DNA of 64,000 nucleotides from Minisyncoccota bacterium. Its GTDB lineage: Bacteria; Patescibacteriota; Minisyncoccia; Phycocordibacterales; Phycocordibacteraceae. Each line of letters starts with the position of its first letter. The first letter of the stretch is position 1. The notes under the pieces were generated by a model. It worked only from the letters and a program-made list of their open reading frames with translations. It ran no database searches and was not told where the DNA came from. The stretch spans positions 64,684 through 128,683 of the forward strand of contig JBAYHD010000002.1 in the NCBI GenBank assembly GCA_041666305.1. Direction: 5' to 3'. Of the stretch, positions 45,254-53,156 are shown piece after piece. The translations under genes were made by a program, and so were the position numbers.

Positions 45254-45416
45254 CAGTAATGCGATGTGAGGATTTTGGAGACTCTCGGAGGCGGAGCAGC
45301 ATGGCGAATTGCGGCGCCGGAGGGCAGCTGCGCCGCAATTTGCGACGCCGAGAGTGAGCGCGTCCCGCGGCAGGGCGGGACGACGCGTGCTCCAAAATTC
45401 TTACATCGCATTACTG
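45254..45416. repeat. ~160-bp multi-hairpin palindromic intergenic element between frr and rseP
   Basis: outer arms cagtaatgcgatgtgaggattttggag / ctccaaaattcttacatcgcattactg enclosing two perfect hairpins (attgcggcgc..gcgccgcaat; cgtcccgc..gcgggacg). Confidence 0.6.
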
Positions 45417-45448
45417 TCAACGCGAGGAGGAAGCCGTTCTTACGGCTT

Positions 45449-46000
45449 TTATTGCGCTATTTCTTCCTCTTTGCGCTCAAGCGCCTTCGCGAGCGCATCA
45501 TTACCGGCATCGATGAGTTTTTGTATTTCAAGCTTCATTCGTGCTACTTCGTCCTTTCCCATCCCGCCCGCCTTTTCTGCGGCATCGAGCGCCTTGAGCG
45601 CATCGGTGCGGTGCGAGCGAAGCGTCACCTTCGCCTGTTCGGTTTTGTCACCCGCGATCTTTGACAGCTGCGTGCGGCGCTCGCTTGTGAGTTCTGGGAA
45701 GGACACGCGCAACCCTTGGTCATCGGTGGCGACACCCACACCAAGATCAGCGTCCGTAATACCCTTTTCAATATTTTTCGTTATGGATTTGTCCCAGGGA
45801 ATAACGCGCAACGTACGTGCATCTTCCGTTGAAATGGACGCCAGTTCGCGGAGCGCAGTGCGTGTGCCGTATACTTCGGGCTTCACGCCGTCAAGAAGGG
45901 TCGGTGTCGCACGGCCGGTGCGCACGCCGGAAAGCTCGCGCGCAAGCCACTCTTCCGTTTCTTTGATATTCGTTTTGAGTTTTGAAAAGTCGTATGCCAT
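45449..46000 (-). CDS. frr: ribosome recycling factor
   Basis: full-length RRF pattern, 'LSGVRTGRA' and a C-terminal long helix. Confidence 0.9.
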   Translation of the reverse strand: MAYDFSKLKTNIKETEEWLARELSGVRTGRATPTLLDGVKPEVYGTRTALRELASISTEDARTLRVIPWDKSITKNIEKGITDADLGVGVATDDQGLRVSFPELTSERRTQLSKIAGDKTEQAKVTLRSHRTDALKALDAAEKAGGMGKDEVARMKLEIQKLIDAGNDALAKALERKEEEIAQ

Positions 46001-46007
46001 GCGTTAA

Positions 46008-46685
46008 CTATACCAAACCTTTCGGAATGACGAGCGATAGGTGTTCCAGGATCATGCGCACGGGCGCGCTACGGTCGTAGAGATGTCCACGCAGAACTTG
46101 AATATCTCGTAACAATTCCGCAATGTGGGACTTCGTAAGTCCCACATTGCGATAAGCTGCTGCTTCGATACCATTCACGATACTGATCGCTTCGTCACGC
46201 AATTCCCGCCGTTCTTCCTCGTCCTTCCCGCTCGTGAGTTTCTTTATCATCGCACTCCGCTTCTCCTTACTCGCCTTCATAAACTCCTCCGCCGCTTCAG
46301 AAATTAAGGGTTTACGAAATCCATAATTCGTATCAAGGATTTGGACGCGGGAGCGGAGGGTTGGAAGAAGACCGCCGAGAGATGGCAGTATGAAAAACAG
46401 ATACGTCCCAGCAGGCGGTTCTTCAAAAAGTTTTAAGAGCGCATTCTGTGCTTCGTGATACGCACGAATCGCCGCGATGATGACGACCTTTGTTGTGCCG
46501 GCAAATGCAGCGCCCGCGGCGAGCTCAGACACTCGTCGCGCATCCTCGACCGAGAACAGACCATACCGCATCACGGCAACATCGGGATTGCCCTGTATCT
46601 TCATCTGCAACTCCTTCTCCACCCAAGCCTGCGCGGCCATAACACCCTCCTCGGCCTCCGCCTCTATCACAAACGCATGGTGCAT
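46008..46685 (-). CDS. holB: DNA polymerase III delta'-like subunit (short, degenerate P-loop)
   Basis: 'NALLKLFEEPP' clamp-loader box, 'LPTLRSRVQIL' sensor-2-like motif. Confidence 0.6.
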   Translation of the reverse strand: MHHAFVIEAEAEEGVMAAQAWVEKELQMKIQGNPDVAVMRYGLFSVEDARRVSELAAGAAFAGTTKVVIIAAIRAYHEAQNALLKLFEEPPAGTYLFFILPSLGGLLPTLRSRVQILDTNYGFRKPLISEAAEEFMKASKEKRSAMIKKLTSGKDEEERRELRDEAISIVNGIEAAAYRNVGLTKSHIAELLRDIQVLRGHLYDRSAPVRMILEHLSLVIPKGLV

Positions 46686-46717
46686 AACAAGCAGTATACC
46701 CCTGTTATAGTGTTGGT

Positions 46718-47071
46718 ATGAATATACCCATTCCGCTTAGAGAACGTATTGCCGATATTGTGATATACGTTTTTGCAATTATTCCTATTGTGGGAATCGC
46801 CATGGGAGGGTTTATATGCACCCCTGAGGGATTTGGCGTACATAGCTGCGTTATGGGGCCCGCAGTAGATTCGATTATGAATTTTTTCTTGAGCTACGGT
46901 TTCTTGATTGTTTTTGGCGGATTCTTTGTTTGGATACCTGTGATAATTGTTGCGTCAGTGATTTCGATTAAATCACGAAGAAAAGCTGGACGTAAAATTA
47001 TTTATTCACCTCCCTTTATACTGCTCTATCTGTTTGTAGTGAGTGTGCTGCAGGGTATTATCGCTGATTAA
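46718..47071 (+). CDS. small polytopic membrane protein, hypothetical (locally AT-rich)
   Basis: 117-aa ORF with three hydrophobic helices; lower GC than surroundings. Confidence 0.4.
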   Translation: MNIPIPLRERIADIVIYVFAIIPIVGIAMGGFICTPEGFGVHSCVMGPAVDSIMNFFLSYGFLIVFGGFFVWIPVIIVASVISIKSRRKAGRKIIYSPPFILLYLFVVSVLQGIIAD

Positions 47072-47074
47072 AAA

Positions 47075-48100
47075 TTACTGCTTCGCGAGGATGCTTTTCT
47101 GATACGTATCCAAATGCTTCAGCGCGATGCCGGTGCCGCGCGCAACACAAAAATAGGGATCTTGACCCAATTTCGCGACGACACCAGTGCGGCGATACAC
47201 GAGCTCGGGCATCTGCCGGAGCTGGCTCGTGCCGCCGGTCAGGATGATGCCGTTGTCGATGATGTCGGCGGCGAGTTCGGGCGGCGTGTCCTGGAGCACC
47301 TTGCGGATCGCCTGCGTCATTTCGCGCAATTCACGCGCCATCGCGGTTACGAGGTCGTTGGTGGAAAGGTCTACCGTGCGCGGGAGCCCGCTCATCAGAT
47401 CGCGCCCTTTCACCGGCATGGTGAGCTCCTCGTTCAGCGGAACTGCGGCGCCGATTCGTATTTTAATTTCTTCCGCGGTCTTATCGCCGATGGAAAGATT
47501 ATGCTGTTTTTTCACATGATCTATAACCGCGCGATCCAAGCGGTCGCCCGCGCACTTCACCGAGGTGGACGCGACGATGCCGCCGAGAGAGATCACCGCC
47601 ACGTCTATCGTGCCGCCACCAATGTCCGCGACCATGCGCCCCATCGGTTCGTGAATAGGAATACCCGCGCCGATGGCGGCAAGTATCGGCTCCTTCACCA
47701 CATACGCATTCTTTGCGCCGGCTTTGAGCGCGGCCTCAATGACCGCGCGCTTCTCGGTGCTCGTGACACCCGCGGGAACCGAGACCAGCACCGTCGGCTT
47801 GAACGGATTTCGTCCGAGCGCTTTTTTCATAAAATAGCGGAGCATCGCTTCGGTCACTCGATAATCCGCAATGACGCCGTCTTTCATCGGGCGGTACGCA
47901 ATGATGTCGTCGGGCGTGCGGCCGATCATTTGCTTAGCCTCCGCGCCGATGGCGAGAATTTTATTGCCGCCGAATTTGCCGTGCGCCTTCCCCACCGCGA
48001 CGACCGACGGCTCATTGATGACCACTCCCTTGCCTGGCACAAAAACCAATACGTTGGTGGTCCCGAGGTCTATGCCGAGTTTGGGAGAAAAGAAGGACAT
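47075..48100 (-). CDS. second MreB/Mbl-like actin homologue
   Basis: 'LGIDLGTTNVLVFV', 'DIGGGTIDVAV'; the ORF-track N-terminal extension overlaps murA and is discarded. Confidence 0.8.
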   Translation of the reverse strand: MSFFSPKLGIDLGTTNVLVFVPGKGVVINEPSVVAVGKAHGKFGGNKILAIGAEAKQMIGRTPDDIIAYRPMKDGVIADYRVTEAMLRYFMKKALGRNPFKPTVLVSVPAGVTSTEKRAVIEAALKAGAKNAYVVKEPILAAIGAGIPIHEPMGRMVADIGGGTIDVAVISLGGIVASTSVKCAGDRLDRAVIDHVKKQHNLSIGDKTAEEIKIRIGAAVPLNEELTMPVKGRDLMSGLPRTVDLSTNDLVTAMARELREMTQAIRKVLQDTPPELAADIIDNGIILTGGTSQLRQMPELVYRRTGVVAKLGQDPYFCVARGTGIALKHLDTYQKSILAKQ

Positions 48101-48101
48101 A

Positions 48102-49412
48102 TTAGGAAAGCTTTTCGCGTCGAATGTTCGCACCGAGTTGTTGCAAACGTTCTTCGAGACGTTCATATCCGCGATCAATGTAATAAATATTGTCGATAGT
48201 CGAGGTACCACGCGCGACGAGCGCTGCGATGACGTAGGCGAGTCCAGCGCGAATATCAGGACCTTCAAGCTCCCGATCTTTAAGTAGTGATGGTCCTTTA
48301 ATAGATACTTTGTTTGGATTCCACATCGTGATGTTCGCACCCATCTTCACAAGATCTTCAACATAGTTAAGTCGCGCTTCAAAAATAGTTTCAAAGACAG
48401 TGCTCTCGCCCATCACTTGAGTGAGAAAGACGACCATCGGCGCTTGCAGGTCAGTCGCGAAGCCGGGATACTCATGTGTCTTCACATTCACCCCCTTCCA
48501 CTCGCTCGACGGCTTCGTATTTTGTACGATTTTAAGAAAATCCTTACCACGGGAAATAGAGACTCCGGAGAGCTGAAGCAGATTGATGAGCGCATCGACG
48601 TGTTCTGGCACACAACCTTCTATCGTAAGCTCGCGCGCGGTAAGTGCACCGAGGATAAGAAAACTTCCCGTCTCAATACGATCAGGAAGCGTATGGTAGA
48701 CCCGACCGCCCGTAGAAAGAACTTCTCCACCCTCGATAGTAATGATTGACGTACCTGCACCCGTAATATGTGCGCCACAGGCATTCAGAAATTCAGCGAT
48801 GCTCCCGATCTCGGGTTCCATCGCCGCATTGCGGAGCGTTGTTGTGCCCTCAGCGAGCACTGCCGCCATCATCATCGTTTCAGTCGCCGTCACTGACACT
48901 TGAGAAAAGAAAATATCAGCGCCATGAAGCTTCTTGTCCGTGACATTCAAACGGAAAATGTCATCCTCACCATCTTTCTCTTCTTTCACTTCTGCACCCA
49001 AAGCACGAAAACTCTGGAGAAATAAATCGATTGAACGCTGACCAAGTACGCATCCCCCCGGATACGGGAATGTCGCTGAGCCATATCTCGCGAGCAAAGG
49101 GCCCGTGAGAATAATAGACGCGCGCAGACGCTTCGCTACAGCTCTATCAAATTCTGTCTTCGTAACAGTTGCTGCATCTATGGTCAGGCTTCGATTCGAT
49201 TTCTCCGCTACAACTACTCCAAACCCCTCAAGAAGTTCCGTGAGCCGCTTCACATCCTCAATACCCGGAATATTCTCAATGGTGAGAGTATCCTTGAAGA
49301 GCAGTGCGGATGCCATGGCGGGAAGCACCGCATTCTTCGCCCCGTGAATAGACACAGTACCTGAAAGGGTTTTCTCCCCGCCAAGACCCTCTATCACGAA
49401 TCGTTCCTTCAT
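48102..49412 (-). CDS. murA: UDP-N-acetylglucosamine 1-carboxyvinyltransferase
   Basis: 'IHGAKNAVLP' and EPSP-synthase-like fold motifs; start set at the internal Met MKERFVIEG. Confidence 0.9.
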   Translation of the reverse strand: MKERFVIEGLGGEKTLSGTVSIHGAKNAVLPAMASALLFKDTLTIENIPGIEDVKRLTELLEGFGVVVAEKSNRSLTIDAATVTKTEFDRAVAKRLRASIILTGPLLARYGSATFPYPGGCVLGQRSIDLFLQSFRALGAEVKEEKDGEDDIFRLNVTDKKLHGADIFFSQVSVTATETMMMAAVLAEGTTTLRNAAMEPEIGSIAEFLNACGAHITGAGTSIITIEGGEVLSTGGRVYHTLPDRIETGSFLILGALTARELTIEGCVPEHVDALINLLQLSGVSISRGKDFLKIVQNTKPSSEWKGVNVKTHEYPGFATDLQAPMVVFLTQVMGESTVFETIFEARLNYVEDLVKMGANITMWNPNKVSIKGPSLLKDRELEGPDIRAGLAYVIAALVARGTSTIDNIYYIDRGYERLEERLQQLGANIRREKLS

Positions 49413-49781
49413 AGTTCGCTTATTGTACGCCGACTTCGCCAAATCATCAAAAAAGGTAGAATAGGCATAATGAAATCCATCGGCGAGATGCTTCCTGAAT
49501 TCCGAAAAAAGGCGGATGCCGCGCCCAAAGGAAGGAAGCGCCAAACGGAACGAGGTGAGCTGATGCGATTTTTTCTGCGGCACCTGAATTATTCCCGCAA
49601 ACAGGATGGTCTCGCGCCAATGACGATGGCACACCTCGGTACGGTGCTGGAGAAAATCCCGACACAAGACCTGTATTATCTCAAAAGCATCTGCAGTCAG
49701 GCGAAGAATTTCAGCAAGAAATTCTGGTGGGAGCTCGACCCGACCAAACACGAACCGAAATAATTTGGTATACTGCGCCAC

Positions 49782-50315
49782 ATGAAAGAAATCGTGCAAG
49801 ACGGCGCGAAGGTGCTCCGCGATATCGCTAAGCCGGTGCCGAAGGAACTGTTCGGCTCAGTGAAGCTCGCACGCATAATTGTCGACATGACCGAGGCGCT
49901 CGACCAAGAACTCGAGGGCGTCGCGCTCGCTGCGCCACAGATCGATGTTCCCCTTCGGATTTTCATCGTGCGCAAAGATCGTACTCTGCCTCCTCCGGCA
50001 CAGGTTCCGGAAGGGGCGCCGCTTCCTCCTCCCCTGCCGGCGGAAGTGGAGGTATATATCAATCCGGAGATTGTTAAGACGTCTCGCCGACGCGCACGCG
50101 CGGACGAGGGCTGCCTTTCGGTTCGCGGTGTCTATGGCACCACGAAACGGCATGAGCGCGTTACCGTTCGCGCGCAACACCCGGACGGTAAATCATTTCA
50201 GCGCGGCGGCGGCGGCATCATGGCGCAAATCTTTGAGCATGAAATTGACCACTTGAATGGCATTCTTTTCATAGACCACGCCGAGCACCTCATCGAGATA
50301 CATCATGCCCAGTAG
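49782..50315 (+). CDS. def: peptide deformylase (with ~30-aa Pro-rich insertion)
   Basis: motifs 'GVALAAPQI', 'EGCLSV', 'HEIDHLNG'. Confidence 0.9.
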   Translation: MKEIVQDGAKVLRDIAKPVPKELFGSVKLARIIVDMTEALDQELEGVALAAPQIDVPLRIFIVRKDRTLPPPAQVPEGAPLPPPLPAEVEVYINPEIVKTSRRRARADEGCLSVRGVYGTTKRHERVTVRAQHPDGKSFQRGGGGIMAQIFEHEIDHLNGILFIDHAEHLIEIHHAQ

Positions 50316-50445
50316 GACAACATGGCATCATGTCTTTGCCGCTTATAAACGGACGCGGTACAACTAGAATTATGAACACAACGAGGCAACCGCAGGCAAC
50401 TACCTCGGACACGCAGGGCAATGCCATGTTGTCCTCACTGGGCAT
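50305..50445. repeat. ERIC/MITE-like intergenic element copy 2
   Basis: arms gcccagtaggacaacatggcat / atgccatgttgtcctcactgggc; the def stop TAG lies in the left arm and the candidate fmt ATG abuts the right arm. Confidence 0.8.
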
Positions 50446-51307
50446 GCCCCAACCGCATAACCCAGAACATTCGCAGACGAATGAACGGGCGCAGAGCCGT
50501 TTCGCATACTTCGGCACGCCGAACGTTGCAAGCGAAACGCTTGCAAGGCTCATTGAGCATGGTTTCATTCCCGAACTCGTCGTGACGTCACCGGACGCGC
50601 CGAGGGACCGCGGCCACGTGCTCACGCCATCGCCCACGAAAACGCTTGCGCTCTCGCGCGGCATCAAGGTGCTCACGCCGGCGCGTCTCGACACAGAGAC
50701 GATAGCAGAGATACGCGCGTGCAAATGCGATTACGCGGTCGTCGTTGCGTACGGCAAAATATTTCCTGAAGAATTGATCCAATCATTTCCGCTCGGCGTG
50801 CTGAATGTGCATTACTCGCTCTTGCCAAAATATCGCGGCGCAACGCCGCTTGAAGCCGCACTCCTCGCAGGAGAAAAAGAGACCGGCGTGACCATACAAA
50901 AGATGGTGAAAGAATTGGACGCTGGCGACATCATTGAGCAGAAAGCGACCGAAATAGAATCCGACGAAACCGCGCGCGAACTGAGGCCTCGACTTATCAT
51001 CATAGGCGCTGAACTATTGGCTGAGGCACTTCCTCGTTTCGCGGGCGGTTTTATAACACCGGTCCCGCAAGATGATTCAAAAGCGACGCGCGCGGGAAAA
51101 TTAAAAAAGGAAGACGGTCTCCTCTCATTCGACGCACCGGCCGAAGAGAATTGGAACAAATATCGCGCCTATGCCGACAGTATCGGTACGTATTTTTTTG
51201 AGAATGGAAAACGAAAGAAAATAACAAAAGCGTCGTTTACGAACGGAAAGTTCGTCGTTGAACGCGTCATTCCCGAGGGAAGAAACGAAACGGATTATCG
51301 CGGCTAG
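50443..51307 (+). CDS. fmt: methionyl-tRNA formyltransferase
   Basis: 'RFAYFGTPNVA' N-terminus, 'HYSLLPKYRGA' formyltransferase motif, C-terminal domain; the ORF-track start at 50330 lies inside the repeat and is probably too long. Confidence 0.85.
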
Positions 51308-51666
51308 CGGCCGAAACGAAGCATTCTCTTGACTGCAGAGTGACCCCGCTTCCAAAGCGTATGGGCACGCCCGCGCGAATGGCGTATCTCCGCTTCAAGC
51401 TCGCTGCGCACTTTATCTGCCGCACTTTCAGGATTGGGCTTCACCGCCTCGGCATGATACACGTTGCCGTCGAGTGCGAGTCGCGCCACAACCCGGCACG
51501 GCTCGGATGAGCGCCCTTCCGCCGGCGCCTGCTCTACTTCTATCTCAAGCAATGCCCTATCACTTTCGTTTCCAAGAAGACGGAGCGGCGCCGCAAGCTT
51601 CTCTTCTATCAATGCCTCCGTTTCGGGACTGAGCGTATATTTTGTCGCCTTGATAGTGATATTCAT
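51304..51666 (-). CDS. hpf: ribosome hibernation-promoting factor / RaiA family
   Basis: 'MNITIKATKYTLSPETEALIEEKL' S30AE-family N-terminus. Confidence 0.8.
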   Translation of the reverse strand: MNITIKATKYTLSPETEALIEEKLAAPLRLLGNESDRALLEIEVEQAPAEGRSSEPCRVVARLALDGNVYHAEAVKPNPESAADKVRSELEAEIRHSRGRAHTLWKRGHSAVKRMLRFGR

Positions 51667-51677
51667 GGTGAGAAAGG

Positions 51678-51899
51678 TCAGCTAGTAGTGACACTTATCA
51701 TTTTAGCCCGAGAACGGTGTCCTGTCAGGATGCGCACCTTGCCGAGCGGCGCCTTGAAGCGCTCTGCGACGAGCTCGCGCACGCGGGTATTGGCGAGATT
51801 TTGCGTAGCTGGCTCTCGCACTGAAATCCGTAAGGTATCACCTTTTTCTTCAATCTTTTCTTTCTTTGCGCCCGGAGTGACGAATACCTTGATGAACAT
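51678..51899 (-). CDS. DUF167/YggU-family small protein
   Basis: 'VFVTPGAKKEKI.....LRISV.EPA..N.AN' pattern. Confidence 0.55.
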   Translation of the reverse strand: MFIKVFVTPGAKKEKIEEKGDTLRISVREPATQNLANTRVRELVAERFKAPLGKVRILTGHRSRAKMISVTTS

Positions 51900-52169
51900 T
51901 TAGAAAGGATTGCACACGCCGGAGGTCTTCGGTGCATTTTCTTTTCCGCTTCGCAGATAGGCGACGATATCATCCGATTCATACATCTCCACGCCTTTCT
52001 CGCCGTCCACAAGATACGGCACTTGGCGCTTCCCGCCGCGTTTTATGAGTTCCTCTGCGACATTCGGCTCCGCAATATTTTTTTGGTCGAACGAAATGCC
52101 GAGCTCTTCGCCAGCGGCAAGCACCTTATGGCAGAACGGGCATCCGGTTTTTACATAGAGAGTCAGCAT
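51900..52169 (-). CDS. glutaredoxin-like protein
   Basis: 'LTLYVKTGCPFCHKV' CPFC active site and 'VPYLVDGEKGV' of the thioredoxin fold; start set at the internal Met, ORF-track extension reads through the tandem repeat. Confidence 0.7.
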   Translation of the reverse strand: MLTLYVKTGCPFCHKVLAAGEELGISFDQKNIAEPNVAEELIKRGGKRQVPYLVDGEKGVEMYESDDIVAYLRSGKENAPKTSGVCNPF

Positions 52170-52199
52170 GCTTTTAGGATAGCATTCTTTGCTCCGCGG

Positions 52200-52373
52200 G
52201 TAAGCGTTTCTTGCACGCTTTCCCGCGTTCGCCTCGCTCGAAAACAGAAGCCGTGGGTGCCCCGCTTGTAAGCGTTGCTTGCACGCTTTCCCGCGTTCGC
52301 CTCGCTCGAAAACAGAAGCCGTGGGTGCCCCGCTTGTAAGCGTTGCTTGCACGCTTTCCCGCGTTCGCCTCGG
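52200..52373. repeat. 68-bp tandem direct repeat, 2.6 copies (1 mismatch)
   Basis: unit gtaagcgttgcttgcacgctttcccgcgttcgcctcgctcgaaaacagaagccgtgggtgccccgctt. Confidence 0.9.
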
Positions 52374-52380
52374 ATAAAAA

Positions 52381-52411
52381 GAAACCGCCCTCAGAAGGGC
52401 GTTTCTTTTTG
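52381..52411. terminator. bidirectional rho-independent terminator downstream of tRNA-Asn
   Basis: gaaaccgccct-caga-agggcgtttc flanked by A-run and T-run. Confidence 0.7.
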
Positions 52412-52419
52412 ATCCTCGG

Positions 52420-52714
52420 CTCCGCGGGTAGGATTCGAACCTACGACCAACTCGTTACATCTTGTCCGCTATTACTAACGGGATGGACTATATCATCACC
52501 GGTTCTCGGTGCGAGGCGCTTCGACCTCTCGGTCTACTCCCTTGCGGGATAGTCTCTGAACCTTTCTCGAAACATTTCGGGACTTGGCTGCTGATTGCCC
52601 GCGTCTTTCTCGTTTGGGTTTCCAGCAATTCACCTCGTTCTTCATTCCCGAATTCCTTCGGGAAGCTGCGTTTCTTGGCCACAGCGAGCCGCTCTACCAC
52701 TGAGCTACCGCGGA
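52420..52714 (-). tRNA. tRNA-Asn (anticodon GUU) interrupted by a group I intron in the anticodon loop
   Basis: exons 52681..52714 and 52420..52457 join to UCCGCGGUAGCUCAGUGGUAGAGCGGCUCGCUGU|UAACGAGUUGGUCGUAGGUUCGAAUCCUACCCGCGGAG, a complete cloverleaf that parallels E. coli tRNA-Asn and has discriminator G. Confidence 0.8.
52458..52680 (-). ncRNA. group I intron (223 nt, ORF-less)
   Basis: conserved elements in order: P 'aauugcuggaaa', Q 'aaucagcag', R 'guucagagacua', S 'auauagucc'; 5' exon ends in U pairing with an internal guide GCAGC (P1); terminal omega-G. Confidence 0.8.
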
Positions 52715-52766
52715 AGGTAAACACCGATTAATGTAACCGGCTTATGATCAGTATACACAGACATAT

Positions 52767-53147
52767 GTGGAAAACAACATTAACACTAAGTGTTATACTG
52801 TGAGCGTGGAGAAAATTTGCAAGATTCATGGATTAACAAAGTTCTTCCCTAGAACAGAAGGGTGGTATCGCTGTGGAAAGTGCGCCTCGGTAGCCGTCAT
52901 ACAAAATCGCAGACGTAAAAAAGAAAAATTGGTCGAATTATTTGGTGGGAAGTGTTCAATCTGTGGATATAGGAGGTATGTGGGGTCATTAGATTTTCAT
53001 CATATGGATCCGAAAAACAAATCCTTTGCTCTCAGTGTCAAAGGTCTGTGCTATTCATGGGGTTCAATTCTCAAGGAAGCTGAAAAGTGTGTTTTAGTTT
53101 GTAAGAATTGTCATGCAGAAATTGAAGGCGGCATTACAAAGTTATAG
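52767..53147 (+). CDS. free-standing HNH endonuclease (AT-rich, likely homing-endonuclease-like)
   Basis: Zn-ribbon 'CGKC...CSICG', 'LDFHHMDPKNK', 'CKNCH' HNH motif; ~38% GC against a ~57% background. Confidence 0.7.
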   Translation: MENNINTKCYTVSVEKICKIHGLTKFFPRTEGWYRCGKCASVAVIQNRRRKKEKLVELFGGKCSICGYRRYVGSLDFHHMDPKNKSFALSVKGLCYSWGSILKEAEKCVLVCKNCHAEIEGGITKL

Positions 53148-53156
53148 TATAAAAAC

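Noticed and set aside
49470-49763. 97-aa plus-strand ORF between murA and def
   Set aside because: Possible real small protein (no overlap with other genes), but no motif, no clear RBS and mostly overlapped by the discarded murA N-terminal extension frame. Left unannotated for lack of support.
52200-52373. CRISPR array
   Set aside because: Only 2.6 copies, units directly abutting with no unique spacers, and no cas genes anywhere in the window.
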